A stretch of 64,000 nucleotides of DNA from NCBI GenBank assembly GCA_951406725.2, contig OX597817.1:87854001-87918000 (forward strand). The letters run 5' to 3'. Under the pieces are notes generated by a model, which was not told the DNA's origin, did no database searches, and saw only the letters and a program-made list of their open reading frames with translations. This DNA is from Octopus vulgaris. Taxonomy: Eukaryota. Of the stretch, positions 38,751 through 50,539 are shown piece by piece. The position numbers were made by a program, and so were the translations under genes. The first letter of the stretch is position 1; each line of letters begins with the position of its first letter.

Positions 38751-40159
38751 ATTATCGGTGCCACCTCACTCTCCCGCGAACATCTAGATTCCTTCCTCTC
38801 TTTCGTCCAATCTTTCCATCCAGCCCTCCACTTCACTTCCACTATCTCCAACACCTCTGTCTCCTTCCTCGACATTTCGGTTAGCATTCTTCACTCCACT
38901 CTTACCACCTCCATTCACTACAAACACACAGACTCACACTCATACCTCAACTTCTCTTCCTCCCACCCAGAACACACCAAGCTTTCCATCCCCTATTCCC
39001 AATTCCTCCGTCTACGTAGGCTCTGTAGTGACGACCATGACTTTGAGACTCAGTCTCAACGTATGGCTCACCACTTCACCCTACGTGGATACCCCCTCAC
39101 CACTATCCACACCGCCCTTGCCAGAGCACGGTCCGTGGACCGTGTATCTGCTCTCTCTCCCCGAACCCGCCCTGTAGTCTCCCGCCTCCCTTTTCCCCTC
39201 ACTTACCACCCCACGACCCTACGTCTCCAACGCACCATTCTTCGAGCTTTCCGTCATCTCCAGTCCGACCCGTCCACTTCACACCTCTTCCCTAACCGAC
39301 CCCTCCCCTCTTTCAAACGAGCCCACAACCTTCGAGACCTTTTGGTCCATAGCTCCTTCCCTGACCCTACCTCCCAACCCGGCTCGTTCCCCTGCTCCCG
39401 CCCACGTTGCCGCACTTGCCCTTACCTCTCCAACACCACCCGCCTCACTAGCACCCACCATCGACCCTATCCCATCATCCACTCCTTCACCTGCACCTCC
39501 AGCAATATTATCTATTGCATCTCTTGCTCTCTCTGCAATTCCTTGTACATCGGACAAACGGGACGCCGCTTGGCTGACCGGTTCGCGGAACACCTTCGTG
39601 ACATCCACCTTGCGAACGACACACCGGTCTCACGCCATTTCCGCTCCACCGGTCACTCCTTGCAACACCTATCTGTGTTCGGTTTGTCCTTACACAGAGG
39701 CCATCCGGATTCCCGTTTGCGCCGTGAACAGGAATTAATCTTCTCTCTTCGCTCTTATACGCCATTTGGTCTCAACTCTCCCCCCTCCTCATCTAACCCC
39801 CTCTCCCCCTCCTCACCTATCCTTTCTCCCCCGACCCCTACTTCTTCAGTCCTTCATCCTTTCACCCCCTACTCCCCTTCCCTTCTTCCCTCTTTCTCCC
39901 TCCCTCTTCCCCTTCCCTCTGCTCCCTCACTCCCTCTCTCCCCTTCTCTCTCCCCCTCTCCCTCTTTCCTCCTTCATCCCCCTCATCCCCTTCCTTCTCC
40001 CTCTGTGTATCTTTCTCTCTCTGTGTATCTTTCTGTTGAAGAGCGTAGGCTCGAAACGTTAAAGACTTGTTTTATTTATATTTCCTGAGCGCCATACTAA
40101 TACAATTGTTCGTTTGTTTTCCACCTGCCTTCGTCTTTTGTTTATTTTCATAAAGCTTC

Positions 40160-40161
<2 letters not shown>
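38751..40161 (+). mobile_element. Young 5'-truncated Penelope-like element (Neptune-type; RT C-terminus + GIY-YIG endonuclease)
   Basis: One frame open 38751-40088: SFLDISV...HYKHTDSHSYLNFSSSHP..TKLSIPYSQFLRLRRLCS, PCSRPRCRTC, FTCTSSNIIYCISCSLCNSLYIGQTGRRLADRFAEH, V.RHF...GH, REQELI..L....PFGLN. CpGs retained; (TA)n on both flanks. Confidence 0.93.
40028..40065 (+). ncRNA. Minimal type-I hammerhead-ribozyme-like motif in the Penelope 3' repeat
   Basis: TCTTT-CTGTTGA-A-GAGC(GTAG)GCTC-GAAA-CGTT-AAAGA: 5-bp stem I, 4-bp stem II, palindromic AACGTT stem III; core CUGUUGA instead of CUGAUGA. Confidence 0.65.
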
Positions 40162-40202
<41 letters not shown>

Positions 40203-41965
40203 CCAGTGGTGCCTCGACTGGCTTCCATAAAATGCACCATCCGAATTGTGGCCGATGCCAGCGCCGCCTCGACTGGCTTCCATGTCGGTGACACGTAAAA
40301 AGCACCATCCGAATCGTAGCCAAAGCCAGTGCCGCCTTGACTGGCTTCCATAAAATGCACCAATCCGACCGTGGCCGATGCCAGCCTCGCCTGGCACCAG
40401 TGCAGGTGGCACGTAAAAAGCACCCACTACACTCACGGAGTGGTTGGCATTAGGAAGGGCATCCAGCTGTAGAAACTTTGCCAGATAAGACCGGAGCCTG
40501 GTGCAGCCTTCTGGCTTCCCAGATCCCCGGTCGAACCGTCCAACCCATGCTAGCATGGAGAACGGATGTTAAACGATGATGATGATGATGATGATGATGA
40601 TATATATATACACACACACACACACACAACAGGCTTCCAGTTTCTATCTACCAAATCCTCTCACAAGGCTTTGGTTGGCCTAAGGCTATAAGTAGAATAT
40701 ACTTGCCCAAGATGCCACACAATGGGACTGAGCCCAGAAACATGTGGTTAAGAATCATGCTTCTTACTACACAACCACACCAGCGCCTATGTTCTAAATC
40801 ATTCTTTCTACGGTCATGTGTCAATTAGAATTTCTCTGCACCAATTTTCAATTGTGAAATCTTTTAGTTTCCATATCTTCATTCTCAATCTCATCTTTCA
40901 TTTTGGTGCCTAACTTTGATTTTGAAGTTACACACCACCGATTAATGTTGTGTAGTACATCCTTCATCACATATTTTAAAAGATTATATGTGGAAAAATG
41001 TTTCTAAAATATAATAACAATTGCTGGCAAAGATCATTTGGAAGGTGGAGGGGGTCAGTTGCTTCATAGTTGGAAGAAGAAAACAAAATCCTAGTAGTAA
41101 TTGATAGAAACAATCAAACAAAAGGGGAAATAATTTTAAAACCTTAAGAATTTTACAGATAATTGAAATTTCATGCTTAGCAAAAAATTCTGATCTTTGT
41201 TAAGGGGGACAACTCTGAACATATTTCATTATTTGATACTTGTCAGCATCTATGATGCAAACATCAGCAACAAATATTAGTTATAATTAGCAGTACCTAT
41301 GGAAGTTCCACAATTATTTTGAAAATTGTATTATGAAATTGTATATTTTTTCTGAAACATTTGATTCTTGAGATATAAAAATTCACATTGGCTGCATTGA
41401 AGAGGCAATCAATCAATCAAACTGGCTAGCTACCTACCTATCAACCTCTACCTACCTACCTATCAACCTCTACCTACCTATCAACCTCTACGTACCTGTC
41501 TACTGTCCTATCTATCTACCTTCATACCTACCTATCCATCTATCTATCTATCTATCATTTTCTACTTACATTTGATGTATATATCTACTCTAACAATACA
41601 GACAAACATTTAAACCAAATAACTCAAAATTATAAGAAAACTAAATAATTGTGATGACCTTGCATGGCATCAACTGCTACACATAAACAGGTAAAAGTTA
41701 GATCCACAGCTATTTGCTAAGGTTATTTCACTTTGATTTAACTATGTATCAGTATATCTAGCTATCTGTCTTTCTATCTTCTATCTCTCAATGAATCTAT
41801 CTAGCCACATAGATACATCAGTGAATTGATGATATACAAATGGTTATACATTAAAACCTGTAACAACAACTAAACTTTTATTGTCTGTCACAATATTTTG
41901 TTATACTAGGTTTAAAATTATGTAACTGCTTTCCACTCCTGCATTCCTTTCAAGCAACACTCACT

Positions 41966-41968
<3 letters not shown>

Positions 41969-42048
<80 letters not shown>
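41969..42048. repeat. (CT)n microsatellite, ~40 units
   Basis: Pure tctctc run. Confidence 0.95.
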
Positions 42049-42052
<4 letters not shown>

Positions 42053-42376
42053 CAACTATCCCACATGCCTTTGCACTTAACATATTTATATCTCTTTTTC
42101 TACCTCTTTCTTCAACTAACTAACCACACAACACAATAGCGATACCCTTCTTGTACTTCTCAGTGCTAACACACACATACATACACACACTCTCTCTCTC
42201 TCTTCATTTCTTCCTTTAACTAGCCACTTCCCTGTGTCTTAGTGTAATGACTATTATTTTCTCCCTTCTTCACATCATTTAAACTTCTCTCTCCCACTTT
42301 TTCTTTCTTTCTTTCTCTCAAACTCTTCGAGCTAACTAACTGACAGCATAATCCATTTGGCCTGAGTGTATTAATA

Positions 42377-42804
42377 TGTAGCGTAGCTCAGTGGTATCCT
42401 CACTGTTTGAGAGATATATTAGAAATGATGTCGTCTTTGATAGCAACCATCTTTCGGCTGCTTAGGCTCAGTGTGTCTGCTACTCTGATTGGTTGATTTT
42501 GGTGCAGTCTTATTTCGCACCAGTGTGTAAGCCAACCAATCTCGGCCTTAGGATAAGGTCCCATGACACAGTCTTTTGGATTTTCTTCTGGAGCCTCTAG
42601 CATGTTATAAAAAGCCCCAGCATTCACAATATCAGTCTTTGGTTCTAGTCCTTCTTAGGACTAACCTCTGACCACAGAGCGATTCAGCCATATTCCAGCG
42701 ACTCAGCTAGTTCCAGTTCCAGCAACAGCAACAGACACCAACATACAGCAACTCAGGACTTCTCTATACCGTCGCCTTCAATAAAAAGCTTATTGTCAAG
42801 TCAT
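42377..42804 (+). mobile_element. Solo-LTR-like segment
   Basis: Starts TGTAG; ATTGG 42488, CCAAT 42536, TATAAAAA 42606, AATAAA 42780; GC/CpG richer than flanks. Right end and TSD unclear. Confidence 0.45.
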
Positions 42805-43481
42805 ATGTATACCTTTTAATATAGATTTACCTGAAGATATTAGTAATAAAATGCTCAGACTTAAATTAAACCTTACTAAACATCAAAAATATTGTGAGGT
42901 TTCAGTTTTGTCAATATGAGAAGAACTTATAAAATTTCACTTATTTCACTAAACAATTTGAAATCTAGAACAGTATTGAACATAAGTGAAAGAAGTAATA
43001 CACTCATGATTTACCCTCCTCTCTCTCTCTTTCTCCCTCTCTCCCTCTCATATGTCTATTTTCGAATATTTTATGATATACAAACATTTTCTAAAGTAGT
43101 TGCTTCCTGTTAGGAACTGCAATATTTATGATTTCCTCAAGCATTATCTGTAAAAGTGATGTGGAATATATGAGCTGTATACCACCTGTGTTGTTGATTT
43201 ACTTCCCTGAAGTTCTATATATTGCAATGCCTGATCTGTAGTGTAAAGTTACTGTTAACTGAGTTGATTGGCTGTTAAACTCATACTGACCAGTTAATGG
43301 GTCATTGTTAGTCTGTAACTCTATTCTATTTCTATAGTAAAACACTTAAATTTTGCTTGTTTAACTTGTGTGACTGTAAATAGGAACCATGAATAGGTAC
43401 ACTTTACCTACAACATGTTATGATTAAAAAGCGAGTTTAGTCAATACTTACAGCAGTGAGATTTTCTTACCTGGCTGTATC

Positions 43482-43980
43482 TATTACATTGTATAACATG
43501 ATTATTGTCTTTAGGTAGCAACTGTTACTTCCTATTTGCTTACCCCTAGAAAGTATGAAAAATGGCTAATATTTCCTTCAAACTTTGCTTTTGTTACATT
43601 TATACAAACCCTAAAGAATCCCTCCCAACATATGGCTATGATGCTCCCCCTCTACTGCTGCTCATGATCAGAGGTGCACATATTGTGTCAACTACTAAGG
43701 GACATGCTCAAATGATTACGGTCAAGCAACTGACAAGAAAATATGTAGTATTGGGCAGAATATTCTCTATAATGATATTTCTGCTTCAGCAATTCATCAC
43801 TGAATCTGTCTGAAATCTAATGGAAAATTGATCAGTTTCAAAACAGTGATGTCCAGGTGACAAATGCAAATTTTGAAGGGAATAGTAGTCATTTCCTTTG
43901 ATTTTGAGATAGAAGCAAATGGAAAATAATGCTTACTGATCAAAGACAAAAAATTTAAAATTTTGTTACACAATGTTATC
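43482..43980. mobile_element. Second copy of the ~480-bp MITE-like element
   Basis: Aligns with 17758-18242 in the same orientation. Confidence 0.7.
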
Positions 43981-45853
43981 AGCTAAGAAAATTGTGCTGT
44001 TTGAAAGATAGATGTGTTGGTCACAGACAAGGTAGTATGCAATAGCAGGGATGATCAGTTCATTGACTTTTTGGTTGCCTGATGTACTACCAACTTCACT
44101 AATTCCATTTATGCTATCTGGATATAATAGAGACAAAACTACTGAAGGAGTCACATTCAAATTATTGTGTCAGGCATCAGTTATGTGAGAAGGTGGAAGA
44201 TCTCCTACATCACCAAAATACAACTGTATAATCTGGCCTGTTTTACAGCACTGGAATGGATTTTGTGAAAAAGAGATAAAAGATAAAACTTCAATTCTTT
44301 CCACCTTGTCAGTGAGGAAGCAAAATTCAACATCAAATACATTACAGCTGACATTTCAACTTCAATACTATGGAGACTCTTCAGTGTCTAGATCATTCCT
44401 CAAATTGGATAATAAGAGTCACTGCTACCCTCACCATAATAGAGTACAGCAGAAATAAATGGTGTATAAAACCTGCCACTTGTCTGTCTTTGAAGAACAT
44501 AGCTACCACTCAACTTTTATATTTTTACTTGTTTCGGTCATTAGACTGCAGCCATGCTGGGGCACCACCTTGAGGAATTTTAGTCAAATTAATCGACCCC
44601 ATTACTTATTTTCTTTTATAAGCCTGGTACATATTCTCTTGGACTTTTGCCAAACTGCTAAGTTATGGGGATGTAAACACACCAACACCAGTTGTCAAGC
44701 AGTGGTAGGGAACAAGCAGCCACAAAGACACACACATATGCAACAGGCTTCTTTCAGTTTCCGTCTATCAAATCCATTCACAAGGCTCTGGTCAGCCTGA
44801 GGCTATAATGGAAGACACATGCCCAAAGTGCCACACAGTGGGATTGAACCCAAACTTCTTACCACACACCTATGCCTGCACCTAAGTTATATAACAACAC
44901 AATCACTTGATGAGGCTATGAGAAATAGCTAAACAATGGAAAACATGGTGTGGCATAACAGACCATATTGTCAGAAGTATTGAACAAGTGGATCTAAAGA
45001 CACAATTTTCAGTATTGAAAAAGTACTGAAAGGGAGGGGGAAAAAAAGAACCATGCCATGTCATAGGTGCAGGTGTGACTGTGGTAAGAAAAAAGTTTGT
45101 TTCTCATCCATGTCTTCAGGTAGTTTCACTGTATTGCACCTTGGGCCGGTGTCTTCTACTATAGCTTCAGGTTGAGCAAAGCCTTGTGTGTGGATTTGAT
45201 GAAAGGAAACCGAAGGAAACCTGTCATGTGTGTGTTTGTGTGTGTGTGTATGCATTTGTCCCCATAACTTAGCAGCTTGGCAAAAAGTGATTGATAGAAT
45301 AAGTGCTAGACTTCAAAAAAAATAAATAAAAAGTATGTGCTGGGAGTCAATTTATCTAAGTAAACTTTTCAGGGCAGTGCCCCAGCATGGCTGCAGTCCA
45401 ATGACTGAAACAATTAAAAGCTAAAAGATATCTTTTCTGTCTAACTTTCATCCTTTGACTTGATTATATCTATACTTTCTCCTGTAAAAGCTGGCTTTGT
45501 GCTTTATCAAACAATTATATTATTCCCTTAACCCTTTAGCATTCTGTCAAATCTAATACTTATTTATTCACATTGTTTTGAATTAACCATGCATTATGTC
45601 ATACCTTTAAGATTTCAATGATGTGATTGTTTATTTTTAGAAGGACATTGTGTGGTAGGTGTGATAGGCCAGATCCAACCAGTTTAAGCATAAAACAGAA
45701 TGTTTTAGCTGGATTTGGCTGGTTTCAATGCTAAATGGTTAATTTATTCAATTTATTTATTTATTCAGACTATTCAATATCCTAAAATGCAGAAATATTT
45801 TGATAATTTGAATTTTATTTTCATGACTCTATCCTGTTTTTCAATGTTTCCAG

Positions 45854-45986
45854 TTGGCAGTTGGTTCTTGAAGACAGCTTACTTAGTTTTGCCAATACTG
45901 CTCGAGGTGTTGCTCTCATCACAAAGGTTGAAGTTATCGATAAATGTGTAGCCAACATGAATGAACGTTTTCAGAAACAGCTTCAA
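45854..45986 (+). CDS. TBC1D32: TBC1D32 internal exon 7 of 9
   Basis: tgtttccAG acceptor, CAA|gtaagg donor, 133 nt, phase 2-0. Encodes (C)WQLVLEDSLLSFANTARGVALITKVEVIDKCVANMNERFQKQLQ, like recalled WEDNLLDDLLHFAATPKG...ECV...RYAKKLQ. Absent from the ORF track. Confidence 0.92.
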
Positions 45987-46364
45987 GTAAGGATAAAACA
46001 TTTTTCTTTTTTCTGTGACAAGGAATTCTAAATTAACAATAATGGATTTATATAGATTTCTGATTGCCAATTAATTTCTTGGATTAACTATTGATTATAT
46101 ACACTTTATGTCATATTTACATTTTGGACCATATTTTTATTACACAATCACAGACACACACAAACACACACACCAAGCTATAACTGCTTTACCTCTCAAT
46201 ATGAAAGTATCTAAATGCATCTGTAATGCAACTCTGTCTGACTGTCAATACCAGTATGTATGTATGCATGCATGCACGCATGTACGTACAGGATGAGATG
46301 GATAAATTGTTGCCATTTTATATTATTTATTTCATGCATGTGCATTGTTTGTCTTTGATTTCGT

Positions 46365-46735
46365 CGACTACACAGTATGGTAGGGTCAGCCAACTGACCC
46401 TACTGTCCTGTGAGAAAAACAGTCCCATGATGCAATTCACTCTGACAGAAATTTGGAAATAACATGCTGTACTGCTTGGTATTCATGCTGGAAGCTCCAA
46501 TGTCAACATTTCAGAGTGTTTGGATAAAAAAATCAACCATCCAGTCAACATCATGGTGTTTGGAGTGATCACTAGTGATGGTGACGTTATACCTCCATTC
46601 GTCTTCCCACATGGCCTCAGACTCAACATGGAAGACTACATCAAGTGCCTGGAGGAGGTAGTGCTACCCTGGATCAAGAGGGTGGCTGCTGGAAGATCTT
46701 GTCTAGTAACAGGACTCTGCACCATGCCACATCTT
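46365..46735 (+). mobile_element. Tc1/mariner-superfamily transposase fragment (maT/DD37D-like), internally deleted
   Basis: HPVNIMVFGVITSDGDVIPPFVFPHGLRLNMEDYIKCLEEVVLPWIKRVAAGR, then frameshifted QDSAPCH. Confidence 0.75.
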
Positions 46736-46790
46736 TGCATAATTTAGACAACAGTTATTGTGTAATTGAGACAACAGTATATGTATACAT

Positions 46791-47048
46791 AAAAGAACAC
46801 AAATGAGGTTTAAAATTTATGACAGCTGTTTCAGTAAAATGTTATTGATGTATTCATAGATTTCATCATAGAATATAATCTGTCATCTTCAGGTAAAATT
46901 TTGAAGAGGTTTTAGCAGGTGAAATAATATCTGTTGAAAATTTTACTTGAAGATGGTAGATTATGTTTTATGATGTAATTTATGAATACATCAATAAAAT
47001 TCTACCGAAACAGCTGTTGTAAATTTTAAACACCATTTGTGTCCTTTT
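46791..47048. mobile_element. Inverted pair (~115-bp arms) of Penelope-type termini
   Basis: 46791-46908 is the imperfect reverse complement of 46931-47048; each arm has (C/T)TGAAGATG...GAAACAGCTGT. Confidence 0.7.
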
Positions 47049-47233
47049 TTTATACCAGCACAGCACCTAGAACCAGCCTTGAGTGGGATCTGCAGTTTAA
47101 ATTGAATTTGGTACTTATATATTTGCTGCATTTTGCTAACAGATTCCTTCATGGTTGTTTTACCTCACTGTAAAGCCATTTCAGAGGTCCTATGCTGTTC
47201 ATGTGCCTAGATTTTAATGAATCCTATAACTAA

Positions 47234-47325
<92 letters not shown>

Positions 47326-47426
47326 TGTGTGTAGGGGTTGCAAGTATACTTAGAATATATACACATACACACATGTATATATGTGTTTGCAAATAATATG
47401 AGTCCATGTAAACAGATGTAGCCATA

Positions 47427-48668
47427 TACAAAGGAGTACACAAAGGAAACTGAAATTTTGCCATGTTATTTTATTCATTTGTTTTATATATTTATACTTT
47501 TACTGCCTTCAAAGTATTCTCCATTTGAAGCCATACATTGGTCCAGATGCATTTTCCTTTGTTTGAAGCAGTCCTGGAACTCTTGTGAAGTGATGCCTTT
47601 TAATGCTTCTGTTGATTTTTCTTCACCTCTTCCACATCTGCAAAACATTTTGCCTTAAGGACATTTTTCATTCAGGGGAACAAAAAAGACACAGGGAGAA
47701 AAATCAGGTAAATAGGGAAGGTGGGTAAGCATGGTCATGCCACTTTTGGTCAAAAACTGTCTCATACTCAAGGCAGTGTATACAGGTACATTGTCTTGAT
47801 GGAACCACCACTCACCATCTTGCCACCGGCTGTGACATTTTCATCTTACTGTATCTCACAAATGCTTCAGAATTGCCAAGTAAAATATCTGGTTAACAGT
47901 TTGACCAGTAGGAACAAATTCTGTGTGGACAATTCCTTTCACATCAATGAAACAAATCAGCTTCATCTTGACATTGGACTTCACTTTTTGGGGGTGTGGT
48001 AACATCAATTGCTTCCATTGACTTGATTGCTGCTTCATTTCCAGGTTGTAACCATAGCACCAGTGATGACCTTCGAAAAAAGGTTTGGATCAACTACCAA
48101 CTGTTCTTTCATTTCACAACACACATTCAGTTGTGACTGCTTTTGATCTTCCGTGAGCAAGTGAGGTACAAATGTTTCACAATTCCTCACACAAAATTTG
48201 TTGGCAGGAGCTCCAGGACACACCAGTCATATCAACAAGTTTGTCAGTTGTTTGGTAACAGTCCTCCAAGATCAGTTCATGAATTTTTGTGATGTTTTCA
48301 TTCGTTCAAGAGGTCAACGGTTACCCTGAATGAAGTTGGTCTTCAAGCAATAAATAACCATTCCGAAAGCATGAAAACCACTTGTAAACATGTGTTTTGC
48401 TTATGGCAGCATCCTTTTCCCTGACAGAAAACATAATTTCACAGAAGTATGCTGTTCCTTTGTTTCATCCATCACAAAAATCAAGAAACTGGGGTGAAGC
48501 TCTGCAAAACAAAGACTCACAACATGGTAGTACGACTTCAGTGGATAACACTAGTTTGCAGACTGATGCCTGAGGGTCGTATCAAGTGGATTCTAGTGGC
48601 AGAAACCTAAACTACAGTGGGCTTGTCTTACAGAGATGTTTCAGGTTATTTTTGGGTAGCCTCTCATA
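47427..48668 (-). mobile_element. Decayed full-length mariner transposon (~1.24 kb)
   Basis: Reverse strand gives FVPHLLTEDQK...DPNLFSKVITG, KQQSSQWK, KSNVKMKLICFIDVKGIVHTEFVPTGQTVNQIFY; degenerate TIRs at both ends. Confidence 0.85.
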
Positions 48669-48887
48669 CTTTCATTTTTGCACACACAGCAACCCTGGTC
48701 ACCTACTGTGCAATATAAAAATAACATTTTTCAACTTATCATACTTCAAAATGAAAAAATCCACAACCTTCCATTTCAATAAACCACTATTGTCCCTGAA
48801 AGTATTTTTTAAAATTTACTACAGACTAATTGGAGCTAACTTTCTTTCTGCACCTCAGTCCCTGGATCTTACGTTTATATATGTATG

Positions 48888-48938
<51 letters not shown>

Positions 48939-49079
48939 TGTGTGTGTTAATTTTAATCTTAAAGTATAGGAAAAATCATCCAGTCTCCAGACTTATCATG
49001 ACAGGTTGTATTTTTCATTGAGTTTTATCATCAATGTTCCTTAGTCATTTTTTTATTATGGAACTGTTTACTTCAACAG

Positions 49080-49167
49080 GTCAGCAAATTTGAAAGGTTT
49101 GGCTATGGCACAATGGTCAGTAAACTTGCTGCAGCTGCACCTGGAATAACAGCTCTAAATAATACAG
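49080..49167 (+). CDS. TBC1D32: TBC1D32 internal exon 8 of 9
   Basis: cttcaacAG acceptor, G|gtaaat donor, 88 nt, phase 0-1. Encodes VSKFERFGYGTMVSKLAAAAPGITALNNT, like recalled [26 protein letters not shown]. Confidence 0.93.
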
Positions 49168-49169
49168 GT

Positions 49170-49715
49170 AAATCATCATCATCTCCATTTTAACATCCAC
49201 CTTCCCATGTTGGCACAGGTCAGACTAAACACTTCAAACATCTGATTGTCTCTCATCACGATCATTATCCTTTAATATCTGTTTTCTAAGCTGGCATGGG
49301 TTGGACAGTTTGACCAGAGCTGGCAAGCAGGAGAGCTGCATCAGGTGCTAGTCTGATTTGGTGTGGTTTATATAGCTGAATGCCCTTCCTAATGACAACC
49401 ACTTTACAGTGTGTGCTGGGTGTTTTTAATGTGACACTGACACGAGTGCTCATATGCGGTGCCAGCACAAATGCTTTTCATGCAGCACTTGCACAGAGCT
49501 CTTGCAAACCAATCCTCTTCATCAAGGGAAGCAGCATTAATGCTTCTGCTGTGGAGGATGGGTTTTCTTGAGTACAGCAAGGTGCCAGATATATCGGTCC
49601 TTTGTCATCTCCTCCATAAGGTTCAGCATCCTGAGGTCGTCTTTCAGTATTTTGTCCCCTGGATCTCCCTCTTCCATGAGTTCCATCCACTTCGAGTGAT
49701 CAGCACTGTTTTATG
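49170..49715 (-). mobile_element. RTE 3' fragments immediately downstream of exon 49080-49167
   Basis: Reverse strand GRGRSRG...LRMLNLMEEMTKD plus the RTE tail (catgggttggacagtttgacc, tgcccttcctaatg). Confidence 0.7.
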
Positions 49716-50249
49716 GAGGTCGTTAATTGCCTTTAATGTATTGTTCTAAATAAATTCTGATTCAACACTTACAAGCAAATAAGGGTAGCTCATTATACAT
49801 ATATGGATGCAATACTTGGACATGTCATCAGTATTGTATCCAGAATCACAGTGTTTCAGGTCCTACATCATACACCCTCATCCATGCCACTTGACCAAGG
49901 TTGATCAAGCATAGACCTGTGTATAAGTATCATTTTACTCAACCCAGTCAAATGCTGCTTGTGGAAACTCCAACTCTAGATAGTCATTATAAGCAAATAA
50001 TCTATCAGAGTCTAAACAGGAGCACATAGCCTTGTGTTGTTGTGTGGTAATTCCTGTCTAACTTAGACCAGCATTATAGAATAAACGTAGATTTGATGAC
50101 AACAGCAACAGTAATGGCAGTGAAAGAAAATGAATCTTAACTAGATTCAGTGTATTTTTTTATCACTTCATCAGAGATCAGTAATTCATTTTCCTACTCT
50201 CAGAGAGAATAGTAGATTATAGTTATATAAATATGTAAAGCTGTGTAGA

Positions 50250-50280
<31 letters not shown>

Positions 50281-50539
50281 TTTGGAGATGCAAACTAGAA
50301 AAATAGAACTCAAAACATAAGTATTTGTATATTTTTTATTAATATTTGGTGGAAATAACAGAGTTCCGTTTCGTGGGCCTTGAGGCATTCTGTTACTTCT
50401 TCCAAATATTAATTAAAAAAATATATATATTTATATATTGCTATATACAATATATATAGTATAAATTGCTATATATATATATATATAAAATCTATAATAT
50501 ATATAGTAGATTATGCTATATATAGTGAAATGTGGTTGG

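Noticed and set aside
39279-39765. Antisense ORFs over the Penelope element
   Set aside because: By-products of the C-rich sense coding strand.
43990-44480. Possible decayed APE endonuclease (GISYVRRW-like)
   Set aside because: Single weak motif, not extendable.
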